Assembly (NCBI GenBank): GCA_030390025.1
Contig: CM059438.1
Location: 55,616,001 to 55,680,000 of the forward strand
Direction of reading: 5' to 3'
Length of the DNA: 64,000 nucleotides
From: Squalus acanthias
Taxonomy: Eukaryota
The notes beneath the pieces were generated by a model. The model was given only the letters and a program-made list of their open reading frames with translations, was not told the DNA's origin and searched no databases. Every line of letters starts with the position of its first letter. The first letter of the stretch is position 1. Below, one piece after another: positions 35,226 through 50,200 of the stretch. The translations under genes were made by a program, and so were the position numbers.

Positions 35226-38200
35226 AGGGAGCTTTACTCTGTATCTAACCCATGCTGTACCTACCCTGTGAGTGTTTGATGGGGGCAGCGTAGCGGGAGC
35301 TTTACTCTGTATCTAACCCGTGCTGTACCTGCTCTGGGAGTATTTGATGGGACAGTGTAGAGGGAGCTTTACTCTGTATCGAACACGTGCTGCACCTGCC
35401 CTGGGAGTATTTGATGGGACAGTGTAGAGGGAGCTTTACTCTGTATCTAACTGGTGCTGTACCTGCCCTGGGAGTATTTGATGGGACAGTGTCGAGGGAG
35501 CTTTACTCTGTATCTAACTGGTGCTGTACCTGCCATTGGAGTGTTTGATGGGACAGTGTAGAGGGAACTTTACTCTGTATCAAACCCGTGCTGTACATGC
35601 CCTGGGAGTGTTTGATGGGACAATATAGAGGGAGCATTACTCTGTATCTAACCCGTGCTGTACCTGCCCAGGGAGTGTTTGATGGGACAGCGTAGAGGGA
35701 GCTTTACTCTGTATCTAACTCGTGCTGTAACTGCCCTGGGAGTGTTTGATGGGACAGCGTAGAGGGAGCTTTACTCTGTATCTAACCCGTGCTCTACCTG
35801 CCCTGGGAGTGTTTGAGGGGACAGTGTAGAGGGAGCTTTACTCTGTATCTAACCATTGCTGTACCTGCCCTGGGAGTGTTTGATGGGACAGTGTAGAGGG
35901 AGCTTTACTCTGTATCTAACCCGTGCTGTAACTGCCCTGGGAGTGTTTGATGGGACAGTGTAGAGGGAGCTTTACTCTGTATCTAACGCGTGCTGTAACT
36001 GCCCTGGGAGTTTTTCATGGGACAGTGTAGAGGGAGCTTTACTCTGTATCTAAACTGTGCTGTAGCTGCCCAGAGTGTGTTTGATGGGACTGTTTAGAGG
36101 GAGCTTTACTCTGTATCTAACCCCTGCAGTACCTGCCATGGGAGTTTTTAAGGGACAGTGTAGAGTGAGCTTTACTCTGTATCTAAACTGTGCTGTATCT
36201 GCCCTGAGTGTGTTTGATGGGAGAGTGTAGAGGAAGCTTTTCTCTTTATCGAACCCGTGATGTACCTGCCCTGCGAGTGTTTGAATGGACACTGTAGAGG
36301 GAGCTTTACTCTGTATCCAACCCGTGCTGCACCTGCCCTGAGAGTGTTTGATGGGACAATGCAGTGGGAGTTTTACTCAGTATCTAACCCGTGCTGTACC
36401 TGCCCTGGGAGTGTCTGATGGGACAGTGTAGAGGGAGCTTTACTCTGTATCTAACCCATGCTGTACCTGTCCTGGGAGTGTTTGATGGGGACAGTGTAGA
36501 GGGAGCTTTACTCTGTATCTACCCCGTGCTGTACCTGCCTTGGGAGTGTTAGATTCTACCGTGTAGAGGGAGCTTTTCTCTGGATGTAACCCGTGCTGTA
36601 CCTGCCCTGCGAGTGTTTGATGGGGACAGTGTGGAGGGAACTTTACTCTGTATCTAACCCAAGCTGTACCTGCACTGGGAGTGTTTGATGGGACTCTTTA
36701 GAGGGAGCTTTACTCTGTATCTAACCCGCCCTGTACCTGGCCTGGGAATGTTTCACAGGACAGTGTAGAGGGAGCTTTACTCTGTATCAAACTCGTGCTG
36801 TCCCTGGCCTGGGAGTGTTTCACAGGACAGTGTAGAGGGAGCTTTACTGTGTATCTAACCCGTGCTGTACCTGCCCTGGGAGTGTTTGATGGGACAGTGT
36901 AGAGGGAGCTTTACTCTGTATCTAACCCGTACTGTACCTGCCCTGGGGAGTGTTTGATGGGACAGTGCAGTGGGAGTTTTACTCTGTATCTAACCCATGC
37001 TGTACCTGCCCTGGGAGTGTCTGATGGGACAGTGCAGAGTGAGCTTTACTCTGTATCTAACCCGTGCTGTACCTGCCCTGGGAGTGTTTGATGGGACAGT
37101 GCAGTGGGAGCTTTACTCTGTATCTAACCCGTGCTGTACCTGCCCTGGGAGTGTATGATGGGACAGTGTTGGGGGTGCTTTACTCTGTATCTAACGCGTG
37201 CCATGCATGCTCTGGGAGTGTTTGATGGGACAGTGTAGAGGTAGTTTTACTCTGTATCTAACGCGTGCTGTACCTGACCTGGGAGTGTTTGATGGGACAG
37301 TGTAGAGGGAGCTTTACTCTGTATCTAACGCGTGCTGTACCTGTCCTGGGAGTGTTTGATGGGACAGTGTAGAGGGAGATTTACTCTGTATCAAACCTGT
37401 GCTGTGCCTGCCCTGGAATTTTTGATGGGGACAGTGTAGAGGGAGCTTTACTCTGTATCTAACCCGTGCTGTACCTGCCCTGGGAGTGTTTGATGGGACA
37501 GTGTAGAGGGAGCTTTACTCTGTAGCTAATCCGTGCTGTACCTGCCGTGGGTGTGTCTGATGGGACAGTGTAGAGGGAGCTTTACTCTGTATCTAACCCA
37601 TGCTGCACCTGCCTTGGGAGTGTCTGATGGGGACAGTGTAGAGGGAGCTTTACTCTGTATCAAACCTGTGCTGTACCTGCCCTGGGAGTGTTTGATGGGA
37701 CAGTGCAGAGGGAGCTTTTCCCTGTATCTAACCCGTGTTGTTCCTGCCCTGGATGTTTTTGATGCGACAGTGTCGAGGGAGCTTTACTCTGTATCTAACA
37801 CGTGCTGTACCTGCCCTGGGGGTGTTTGATGGGACAGTGTAGAGGGTGCTTTACTCTGTATCTAACCCGTGCTGTACCTGCCCTGGGAGTGTCTGATGGG
37901 GACAGTGTAGAGGGAGCTTCACTCTGTATCAAACCTGTGCTGTGCCAGCCCTGGAATTTTTGATGGGGAGAGTGTAGAGGGAGCTTTACTCTGTATCTAA
38001 CCCGTGCTGTACCTGCCCTGGGAGTGTTTGATGAGACAGTGTAGAGGGAGCTTTACTCTGTATCAAACCTGTGCTGTGCCTGCCCTGGAAGTTTTTGATG
38101 GGGACAATGTAGAGGGAGCTTTACTCTGTATCTAACCCATGCTGTACCTGCCCTGGGAGTGTTTGATGGGACAGTGTAGAGGGAGCTTTACTCTGTTTCT

Positions 38201-41200
38201 AACTCGTGCCGTACCTGCCCTGGGAGTGTTTGATGAGATAGTGTAGAGGGAGCTTTACTCTGTATCTAACCTATGCTGTACCTGCCCTGGAAGTGTTTGA
38301 TGGGACAGTGTAGAGGGAGCTTTACTCTGTATCTAACCCATGCTGTACCTGCCCTAGCAGTGTTTGACGGGACAGTGTAGAGGGAGCTTTACTCTGTATC
38401 TAACCCGTGCTGTACCTGCCCTGGGAGTGTTTGATAGGACAGTGTAGAGGGAGCTTTACTCTGTTTCTAACTCGTGCTGTATCTGCGCTGGGAGTGTTTG
38501 ATAGGACAGTGTAGAGGGAGTTTTACTCTGTATCTAACCCGTGCTGTACCTGCCCTGGGAGTGTATGATGGGACAGTGTTGGGGGTGCTTTACTCTGTAT
38601 CTAACGCGTGCCATGCATGCCCTGGGAGTGTTTGATGGACAAAATTGAGAGGTCGCACAACACCAGGTTATAGTCCAACAGTTTTATTTTAAATCACAAG
38701 CGGTGGGACAGTGTAGAGGGAGTTTTACTCTGTATCTAACGCGTGCTGTACCTCACCTGGGAGTGTTTGATGGGACAGTGTAGAGGGAGCTTTACTCTGT
38801 ATCTAACGCGTGCTGTACCTGCCCTGGGAGTGTTTGATGGGACAGTGCAGAGGGAGCTTTACTCTGTAGCTAATCCGTGCTGTACCTGCCATGGGTGTGT
38901 CTGATGGGACAGTGTAGAGGGAGCTTTACTCTGTATCGAACCAGTGCTGTACCTGCGCTGGGAGTGTTTGATATGACAGTGTAGAGGGAGCTTTTCCCTG
39001 TATCTAACCCGTGTTGCTCCTGCCCTGGACGTTTTTGATGGGACAGTGTAGAGAGAGCTTTACTCTGTATCTAACCCATGCTGTACCTGCCTTGGGAGTG
39101 TCTGATGGGGACAGTGTAGAGGGAGCTTTACTCTGTATCAAACCTGTGCTGTGCCTGCCCTGGAAGTTTTTGTTGGGGACTATGTAGAGGGAGCTTTACT
39201 CTGTATCTAACCCGTGCTGTACCTGCCCTGGGAGTGTTTGATGGGACAGTGTCGAGGGAGCTTTACTCTGTATCTAACACGTGCTGTACCTGCCCTGGGG
39301 GTGTTTGATGGGACAGTGTAGAGGGTGCTTTACTCTGTATCTAACCCGTGCTGTACCTGCCCTGGGAGTGTCTGATGGGGACAGTGTAGAGGGAGCTTTA
39401 CTCTGTATCTAACCTATGCTGTACCTGCCCTGGAAGTGTTTGATGGGACAGTGTAGAGGGAGCTTTACTCTGTATCTAACCCATGCTGTACCTGCCGTGG
39501 GACTGTTTGATAGGACAGTGTAGAGGGAGCTTTACTCTGTTTCTAACTCGTGCTGTACCTGCGCTGGGAGTGTTTGATAGGACAGTGTAGAGGGAGCTTT
39601 ACTCTGTATCTAACCCATGCTGTACCTGCCCTGGGAGTGTTTGATGGGACAGTGTAGAGGGAGCTTTACTCTGTATCTAACCCGTGCCGTACCTGCCTTG
39701 GGAGTGTTTGATGGGACAGTGCAGTGGGAGTTTTACTCTGTCTCTAACCTATGCTGTACCTGCCCTGGGAGTGTCTGATGGGACAGTGCAGAGGGAGCTT
39801 TACTCTGTATCTAACCCGTGCTGTACCTGCCCTGGGGGTGTTTGATGGGACAGTGTAGAGGGAGCTTTACTCTGTATCTAACCCGTACTGTACCTGCCCT
39901 GGGAGTCTCTGATGGGACAGTGTAGAGGGAGCTTTACTCTGTATCTAACGCGTGCCATGCATGCCCTGGGAGTGTTTGATGGGACAGTGTAGAGGGAGTT
40001 TTACTCTGTATCTAACGCGTGCTGTACCTGACCTGGGATTGTTTGATGGGACAGTGTGGAGGGAGCTTTACTCTGTATCTAACGCGTGCTGTACCTGTCC
40101 TGGGAGTGTTTGATGGGACAGTGTAGAGGGAGATTTACTCTGTATCAAACCTGTGCTGTGCCTGCCCTGGAATTTTTGATGGGGACAGTGTAGAGGGAGC
40201 TTTACTGTGTATCTAACCCGTGCTGTACCTGCCCTGGGAGTGTTTGATGGGACAGTGTAGAGGGAGCTTTACTCTGTAGCTAATCCGTGCTGTACCTGCC
40301 GTGGGTGTGTCTGATGGGACAGTGTAGAGGGAGCTTTACTCTGTATCTAACCCATGCTGTACCTGCCTTGGGAGTGTCTGATGGGGACAGTGTAGAGGGA
40401 GCTTTACTCTGTATCAAACCTGTGCTGTACCTGCCCTGGGAGTGTTTGATATGACAGTGTAGAGGGAGCTTTTCCCTGTATCTAACCCGTGTTGCTCCTG
40501 CCCTGGACGTTTTTGATGGGACAGTGTAGAGAGAGCTTTACTCTGTATCTAACCCATGCTGTACCTGCCTTGGGAGTGTCTGATGGGGACAGTGTAGAGG
40601 GAGCTTTACTCTGTATCAAACCTGTGCTGTGCCTGCCCTGGAAGTTTTTGATGGGGACTATGTAGAGGGAGCTTTACTCTGTATCTAACCCGTGCTGTAC
40701 CTGCCCTGGGAGTGTTTGATGGGACAGTGTCGAGGGAGCTTTACTCTGTATCTAACCCGTGCTGTACCTGCCCTGGGAGTGTCTGATGGGGACAGTGTAG
40801 AGGGAGCTTTACTCTGTATCTAACCTATGCTGCACCTGCCCTGGAAGTGTTTGATGGGACAGTGTAGAGGGAGCTTTACTCTGTATCTAACCCGTGCTGT
40901 ACCTGCCCTGGGAGTGTTTGATGGGACAGTGCAGTGGGAGTTTTACTCTGTATCTAACCTATGCTGTACCTGCCCTGGGAGTGTCTGATGGGACAGTGTA
41001 GAGGGAGCTTTACTCTGTATCTAACCCGTGCTGTACCTGCCCTGGGGGTGTTTGATGGGACAGTGTAGAGGGAGCTTTACTCTGTATCTAACCCGTGCTG
41101 TACCTGCCCTGGGAGTCTCTGATGGGACAGTGTAGAGGGAGCTTTACTCTGTATCTAACGTGTGCCATGCATGCCCTGGGAGTGTTTGATGGGACAGTGT

Positions 41201-44200
41201 AGAGGGAGTTTTACTCTGTATCTAACGCGTGCTGTACCTGCCCTGGGAGTGTTTGTTGGGACAGTGCAGAGAGAGTTTCACTCTGTATCTAACCCGTGCT
41301 GTACCTGCCTTGGGAATGTTTGATGGGACAGTGTAGAGGGAGCTTTACTCTGTATCTAACCCGTGCTGTACCTGTTCTGGGAGTATTTGATGGGTCAGTG
41401 TAGAGGGAGTTTTACACTGTATCTAACCCTTGCTGTACCTGCCCTGGGAGTGTTTGATGAGACAGTGGAAGGAGCTTTACTCTGTATCTGCCCTGGACGT
41501 TTTTGATGGGACATTGTAGAGGGAGCTTTACTGTATCTAACCTGTGCTGTTCCTGCCCTGGGAGTGTTTGATGGGACAGTGTAGAAGGAGCTTTACTCTG
41601 TATCTGACCTGTGCTGTTCCTGCCCTGGACGTTTTTGATGGGACATTGGAGAGGGAGTTTTACTCTGTATCTAACCCCTGCTGCACCTGCCCTCGGAGTG
41701 TCTGTTGGGACAGGGTAGAGGGAGCTTTATTCTGTATCTAACCCGTGCTGTACCTGTTCTGGGAGTATTTGATGGGTCAGTGTCGAGGGAGTTTTACTCT
41801 GTATCTAACCCTTGCTGTACCTGCCCTGGGAGTGTTTGATGAGACAGTGGAGGGAGCTTTACTCTGTATCTGCCCTGTGCTGTTCCTGCCCTGGACGTTT
41901 TTGATGGGACATTGTAGAGAGAGCTTTACTCTGTATCTAACCCCTGCTGCACCTGCCCTCGGAGTGTCTGATGGGACAGGGTAGAGGGAGATTTACTCTG
42001 TACCTAACCCCTGCTGCACCTGCCTTGGGAGTGTCTGATGGGGACAGTGTAGAGGGAGCTTTACTCTGTATCAAACCTGTGCTGTGCCTGCCCTGGAAGT
42101 TTTTGATGGGGACTATGTAGAGGGAGCTTTACCCTGTATCTAACCCGTGCTGTACCTGCCCTGGGAGTGTTTGATGGGACAGTGTAGAGGGAGCTTTTCC
42201 CTGTATCGAACCCGTGTTGTTCCTGCCCTGGATGTTTTTGATGCGACAGTGTAGAGGGAGCTTTACTCTGTATCTAACCCATGCTGTAGCTGCCCTGGGG
42301 GTGTTTGATGGGACTGTGTAGAGGGAGCTTTACCCTGTATCTAACCCGTGCTGTACCTGCCCTGGGAGTGTTTGATGGGACAGTGTAGAGGGAGCTTTTC
42401 CCTGTATCTAACCCGTGTTGTTCCTGCCCTGGATGTTTTTGATGCGACAGTGTAGAGGGAGCTTTACTCTGTATCTAACCCATGCTGTAGCTGCCCTGGG
42501 GGTGTTTGATGGGACTGTGTAGAGGGAGCTTTACTCTGTATCTAACCCGTGCTGTACCTGCCCTGGAATTTTTGATGGGGATAGTGTAGAGGGAGCTTTA
42601 CTCTGTTTCTAACTCGTGCTGTACCTGCGCTGGGAGTGTTTGATCGGACAGTGTAGAGGGAGCTTTTGTCTGTATTTCACCCGTGCTGCACCTGCCCTAG
42701 GATTATTTAATGGGTCAGTGTAGAGGGAGCTTTACTCTGTATCTAACCTATGCTGTACCTGCCCTGGTACTGTTTGTTGGGACAATGTAGAGGGAGCTTT
42801 ACTCTGTATCTAACGCGTGCTGTACCTGCCCTGGGAGTGTCTGATGGGGATAGTGTAGAGGGAGCTTTACTCTGTATCTAACCCAAGCTGTACCTGGCCT
42901 GGGAATGTTTCACAGGACAGTGTAGAGGGAGCTTTACTCTGTATCAAACTCGTGCTGTCCCTGGCCTGGGAGTGTTTCACAGGACAGTGTAGAGGGAGCT
43001 TTACTGTGTATCTAACCCATGCTGTACCTGCCCTGGGAGTGTTTGATGGGACAGTGTAGAGGGAGCTTTACTCTGTATCTAACCCGTACTGTACCTGCCC
43101 TGGGGAGTGTTTGATGGGACAGTGCAGTGGGAATTTTACTCTGTATCTAACCCATGCTGTACCTGCCCTGGGAGTGTCTGATGGGACAGTGCAGAGTGAG
43201 CTTTACTCTGTATCTAACCCGTGCTGTACCTGCCCTGGGAGTGTTTGATGGGACAGTGCAGTGGGAGCTTTACTCTGTATCTAACCCGTGCTGTACCTGC
43301 CCTGGGAGTGTATGATGGGACAGTGTTGGGGGTGCTTTACTCTGTATCTAACGCGTGCCATGCATGCTCTGGGAGTGTTTAATGGGACAGTGTAGAGGTA
43401 GTTTTACTCTGTATCTAACGCGTGCTGTACCTGACCTGGGAGTGTTTGATGGGACAGTGTAGAGGGAGCTTTACTCTGTATCTAACGCGTGCTGTACCTG
43501 TCCTGGGAGTGTTTGATGGGACAGTGTAGAGGGAGATTTACTCTGTATCAAACCTGTGCTGTGCCTGCCCTGGAATTTTTGATGGGGCCAGTGTAGAGGG
43601 AGCTTTACTCTGTATCTAACCCGTGCTGTACCTGCCCTGGGAGTGTTTGATGGGACAGTGTAGAGGGAGCTTTACTCTGTAGCTAATCCGTGCTGTACCT
43701 GCCGTGGGTGTGTCTGATGGGACAGTGTAGAGGGAGCTTTACTCTGTATCTAACCCATGCTGCACCTGCCTTGGGAGTGTCTGATGGGGACAGTGTAGAG
43801 GGAGCTTTACTCTGTATCAAACCTGTGCTGTACCTGCCCTGGGAGTGTTTGATGGGACAGTGTAGAGGGAGCTTTTCCCTGTATCTAACCCGTGTTGTTC
43901 CTGCCCTGGATGTTTTTGATGCGACAGTGTCGAGGGAGCTTTACTCTGTATCTAACACGTGCTGTAACTGCCCTGGGGGTGTTTGATGGGACAGTGTAGA
44001 GGGTGCTTTACTCTGTATCTAACCCGTGCTGTACCTGCCCTGGGAGTGTCTGATGGGGACAGTGTAGAGGGAGCTTTACTCTGTATCAAACCCGTGCTGT
44101 ACCTGCCCTGGGAGTGTTTGATGGGACAGTGTAGAGGGAGCTTTACTCTGTATCTAACCCGTGCTGTACCTGCCCTGGGAGTGTTTGATGGGACAGTGTA

Positions 44201-47200
44201 GAGGGAGCTTTACTCTGTATCTAACCCGTGCTGTACCTGCCCTGGGAGTGTTTGATGGGACAGTGTAGAGGGAGCTTTACTCTGTATCTAACCCGTGCTG
44301 TACCTGCCCTGGGAGTGTTTGATGGGACAGTGTAGAGGGAGCTTTACTCTGTATCTAACCCGTGCTGTACCTGCCCTGGGAGTGTTTGATGGGACAGTGT
44401 AGAGGGAGCTTTACTCTGTATCTAACCGTGCTGTACCTGCCCTGGAGTGTTTGATGGGACAGTGTAGAGGGAGCTTTACTCTGTATCTAACCCTTGCTGT
44501 ACCTGCCCTGGGAGTGTTTGATGGGACAGTGTAGAGGGAGCTTTACTCTGTATCTAACCCGTGCTGTACCTGCCCTGGGAGTGTTTGATGGGACAGTGTA
44601 GAGGGAGCTTTACTCTGTATCTAACCCGTGCTGTACCTGCCCTGGAGTGTTTGATGGGACAGTGTAGAGGGAGCTTTACTCTGTATCTAACCCGTGCTGT
44701 ACCTGCCCTGGAGTGTTTGATGGGACAGTGTAGAGGGAGCTTTACTCTGTATCTAACCCGTGCTGTACCTGCCCTGGGAGTGTTTGATGGGACAGTGTAG
44801 AGGGAGCTTTACTCTGTATCTAACCCGTGCTGTACCTGCCCTGGGAGTGTTTGATGGGACAGTGTAGAGGGAGCTTTACTCTGTATCTAACCCGTGCTGT
44901 ACCTGCCCTGGGAGTGTTTGATGGGACAGTGTAGAGGGAGCTTTACTCTGTATCTAACCCGTGCTGTACCTGCCCTGGGAGTGTTTGATGGGACAGTGTA
45001 GAGGGAGCTTTACTCTGTATCTAACCCGTGCTGTACCTGCCCTGGGAGTGTTTGATGGGACAGTGTAGAGGGAGCTTTACTCTGTATCTAACCCGTGCTG
45101 TACCTGCCCTGGGAGTGTTTGATGGACAGTGTAGAGGGAGCTTTACTCTGTATCTAACCCGTGCTGTACCTGCCCTGGGAGTGTTTGACTGGGACAGTGT
45201 AGAGGGAGCTTTACTCTGTATCTAACCCGTGCTGTACCTGCCCTGGGAGTGTTTGATGGGACAGTGTAGAGGGAGCTTTACTCTGTATCTAACCCGTGCT
45301 GTACCTGCCCTGGGAGTGTTTGATGGGACAGTGCAGAGGGAGCTTTACTCTGTATCTAACCCTTGCTGTACCTGCCCTGGGAGTGTCTGATGGGACAGTG
45401 TAGAGGGAGCTTTACTCTGTATCTAACCCGTGCTGTACCTGCCCTGGGAGTGTTTGATGGGACAGTGTAGAGGGAGCTTTACTCTGTATCTAACCCGTGC
45501 TGTACCTGCCCTGGGAGTGTTTGATGGGACAGTGTAGAGGGAGCTTTACTCTGTATCTAACGCGTGCTGTACTGCCTGGGAGTGTTTGATGGGACAGTGT
45601 AGAGGGAGCTTTACTCTGTATCTAACCGTGCTGTACCTGCCCTGGGAGTGTTTGATGGGACAGTGTAGAGGGAGCTTTACTCTGTATCTAACGCGTGCTG
45701 TACCTGTCCTGGGAGTGTTTGATGGGACAGTGTAGAGGGAGATTTACTCTGTATCAAACCTGTGCTGTGCCTGCCCTGGAATTTTTGATGGGACAGTGTA
45801 GAGGGAGCTTTACTCTGTATCTAACCCGTGCTGTACCTGCCCTGGGAGTGTTTGATGGGACAGTGTAGAGGGAGCTTTACTCTGTAGCTAATCCGTGCTG
45901 TACCTGCCGTGGGTGTGTCTGATGGGACAGTGTAGAGGGAGCTTTACTCTGTATCTAACCCATGCTGTACCTGCCTTGGGAGTGTCTGATGGGGACAGTG
46001 TAGAGGGAGCTTTACTCTGTATCAAACCTGTGCTGTACCTGCCCTGGGAGTGTTTGATGGGACAGTGTAGAGGGAGCTTTTCCCTGTATCTAACCCGTGT
46101 TGTTCCTGCCCTGGATGTTTTTGATGCGACAGTGTCGAGGGAGCTTTACTCTGTATCTAACACGTGCTGTACCTGCCCTGGGGGTGTTTGATGGGACAGT
46201 GTAGAGGGTGCTTTACTCTGTATCTAACCCGTGCTGTACCTGCCCTGGGAGTGTCTGATGGGGACAGTGTAGAGGGAGCTTTACTCTGTATCAAACCTGT
46301 GCTGTGCCAGCCCTGGAATTTTTGATGGGGAGAGTGTAGAGGGAGCTTTACTCTGTATCTAACCCGTGCTGTACCTGCCCTGGGAGTGTTTGATGAGACA
46401 GTGTAGAGGGAGCTTTACTCTGTATCAAACCTCGTGCTGTGCCTGCCCTGGAAGTTTTTGATGGGGACAATGTAGAGGGAGCTTTACTCTGTATCTAACC
46501 CATGCTGTACCTGCCCTGGGAGTGTTTGATGGGACAGTGTAGAGGGAGCTTTACTCTGTTTCTAACTCGTGCCGTACCTGCCCTGGGAGTGTTTGATGAG
46601 ATAGTGTAGAGGGAGCTTTACTCTGTATCTAACCTATGCTGTACCTGCCCTGGAAGTGTTTGATGGGACAGTGTAGAGGGAGCTTTACTCTGTATCTAAC
46701 CCATGCTGTACCTGCCCTAGCAGTGTTTGACGGGACAGTGTAGAGGGAGCTTTACTCTGTATCTAACCCGTGCTGTACCTGCCCTGGGAGTGTTTGATAG
46801 GACAGTGTAGAGGGAGCTTTACTCTGTTTCTAACTCGTGCTGTATCTGCGCTGGGAGTGTTTGATAGGACAGTGTAGAGGGAGTTTTTACTCTGTATCTA
46901 ACCCGTGCTGTACCTGCCCTGGGAGTGTATGATGGGACAGTGTTGGGGGTGCTTTACTCTGTATCTAACGCGTGCCATGCATGCCCTGGGAGTGTTTGAT
47001 GGACAAAATTGAGAGGTCGCACAACACCAGGTTATAGTCCCAACAGTTTTATTTAAATCACAAGCGGTGGACAGTGTAGAGGGAGTTTTACTCTGTATCT
47101 AACGCGTGCTGTACCTCACCTGGGAGTGTTTGATGGGACAGTGTAGAGGGAGCTTTACTCTGTATCTAACGCGTGCTGTACCTGCCCTGGGAGTGTTTGA

Positions 47201-50200
47201 TGGGACAGTGCAGAGGGAGCTTTACTCTGTAGCTAATCCGTGCTGTACCTGCCCTGGGTGTGTCTGATGGGACAGTGTAGAGGGAGCTTTACTCTGTATC
47301 GAACCAGTGCTGTACCTGCGCTGGGAGTGTTTGATAGACAGTGTAGAGGGAGCTTTTCCCTGTATCTAACCCGTGTTGCTCCTGCCCTGGACGTTTTTGA
47401 TGGGACAGTGTAGAGAGAGCTTTACTCTGTATCTAACCCATGCTGTACCTGCCTTGGGAGTGTCTGATGGGGACAGTGTAGAGGGAGCTTTACTCTGTAT
47501 CAAACCTGTGCTGTGCCTGCCCTGGAAGTTTTTGATGGGACTAGTGTAGAGGGAGCTTTACTCTGTATCTAACCCGTGCTGTACCTGCCCTGGGAGTGTT
47601 TGATGGGACAGTGTCGAGGGAGCTTTACTCTGTATCTAACCGTGCTGTACCTGCCCTGGGAGTGTTTGATGGGACAGTGTAGAGGGAGCTTTACTCTGTA
47701 TCTAACCCGTGCTGTACCTGCCCTGGGAGTGTCTGATGGGACAGTGTAGAGGGAGCTTTACTCTGTATCTAACCTATGCTGTACCTGCCCTGGAGTGTTT
47801 GATGGGACAGTGTAGAGGGAGCTTTACTCTGTATCTAACCCGTGCTGTACCTGCCCTGGAGTGTTTGATGGACAGTGTAGAGGGAGCTTTACTCTGTATC
47901 TAACCGTGCTGTACCTGCCCTGGGAGTGTTTGATGGGACAGTGTAGAGGGAGCTTTACTCTGTATCTAACCCGTGCTGTACCTGCCCTGGGAGTGTTTGA
48001 TGGGACAGTGTAGAGGGAGCTTTACTCTGTATCTAACCCGTGCTGTACCTGCCCTGGGAGTGTTTGATGGGACAGTGTAGAGGGAGCTTTACTCTGTATC
48101 TAACCCTTGCTGTACCTGCCCTGGGAGTGTTTGATGGGACAGTGTAGAGGGAGCTTTACTCTGTATCTAACCCGTGCTGTACCTGCCCTGGGAGTGTTTG
48201 ATGGGACAGTGTAGAGGGAGCTTTACTCTGTATCTAACCCGTGCTGTACCTGCCCTGGGAGTGTTTGATGGGACAGTGTAGAGGGAGCTTTACTCTGTAT
48301 CTAACGCGTGCTGTACCTGCCCTGGGAGTGTTTGATGGGACAGTGTAGAGGGAGCTTTACTCTGTATCTAACCCGTGCTGTACCTGCCCTGGGAGTGTTT
48401 GATGGGACAGTGTAGAGGGAGCTTTACTCTGTATCTAACCCGTGCTGTACCTGCCCTGGGAGTGTTTGATGGGACAGTGTAGAGGGAGCTTTACTCTGTA
48501 TCTAACCCGTGCTGTACCTGCCCTGGAGTGTTTGATGGGACAGTGTAGAGGGAGCTTTACTCTGTATCTAACCCGTGCTGTACCTGCCCTGGGAGTGTTT
48601 GATGGGACAGTGTAGAGGGAGCTTTACTCTGTATCTAACCGTGCTGTACCTGCCCTGGGAGTGTTTGATGGGACAGTGTAGAGGGAGCTTTACTCTGTAT
48701 CTAACCCGTGCTGTACCTGCCCTGGGAGTGTTTGATGGGACAGTGTAGAGGGAGCTTTACTCTGTATCTAACCCGTGCTGTACCTGCCCTGGGAGTGTTT
48801 GATGGGACAGTGTAGAGGGAGCTTTACTCTGTATCTAACCGTGCTGTACCTGCCCTGGGAGTGTTTGATGGGACAGTGTAGAGGGAGCTTTACTCTGTAT
48901 CTAACCCGTGCTGTACCTGCCCTGGGAGTGTTTGATGGGACAGTGTAGAGGGAGCTTTACTCTGTATCTAACCCGTGCTGTACCTGCCCTGGGAGTGTTT
49001 GATGGGACAGTGTAGAGGGAGCTTTACTCTGTATCTAACCCGTGCTGTACCTGCCCTGGGAGTGTTTGATGGGACAGTGTAGAGGGAGCTTTACTCTGTA
49101 TCTAACCCGTGCTGTACCTGCCCTGGGAGTGTTTGATGGGACAGTGTAGAGGGAGCTTTACTCTGTATCTAACCCGTGCTGTACCTGCCCTGGGAGTGTT
49201 TGATGGGACAGTGTAGAGGGAGCTTTACTCTGTATCTAACCCGTGCTGTACCTGCCCTGGGGTGTTTGATGGGACAGTGTAGAGGGAGCTTTACTCTGTA
49301 TCTAACCCGTGCTGTACCTGCCCTGGGAGTCTCTGATGGGACAGTGTAGAGGGAGCTTTACTCTGTATCTAACGTGTGCCTGTCATGCCCTGGGAGTGTT
49401 TGATGGGACAGTGTAGAGGGAGCTTTACTCTGTATCTAACGCGTGCTGTACCTGCCCTGGGAGTGTTTGTTGGGACAGTGCAGAGAGAGTTTCACTCTGT
49501 ATCTAACCCGTGCTGTACCTGCCTTGGGAATGTTTGATGGGACAGTGTAGAGGGAGCTTTACTCTGTATCTAACCCGTGCTGTACCTGTCTGGGAGTATT
49601 TGATGGGTCAGTGTAGAGGGAGTTTTACACTGTATCTAACCCTTGCTGTACCTGCCCTGGGAGTGTTTGATGAGACAGTGGAAGGAGCTTTACTCTGTAT
49701 CTGCCCTGGACGTTTTTGATGGGACATTGTAGAGGGAGCTTTACTGTATCTAACCTGTGCTGTTCCTTCCCTGGGAGTGTTTGATGGGACAGTGTAGAGG
49801 GAGCTTTACTCTGTATCTGACCTGTGCTGTTCCTGCCCTGGACGTTTTTGATGGGACATTGGAGAGGGAGTTTTACTCTGTATCTAACCCCTGCTGCACC
49901 TGCCCTCGGAGTGTCTGTTGGGACAGGGTAGAGGGAGCTTTATTCTGTATCTAACCCGTGCTGTACCTGTTCTGGGAGTATTTGATGGGTCAGTGTAGAG
50001 GGAGTTTTACTCTGTATCTAACCCTTGCTGTACCTGCCCTGGGAGTGTTTGATGAGACAGTGGAGGGAGCTTTACTCTGTATCTAACCTGTGCTGTTCCT
50101 GCCCTGGACGTTTTTGATGGGACATTGTAGAGAGAGCTTTACTCTGTATCTAACCCCTGCTGCACCTGCCCTCGGAGTGTCTGATGGGACAGGGTAGAGG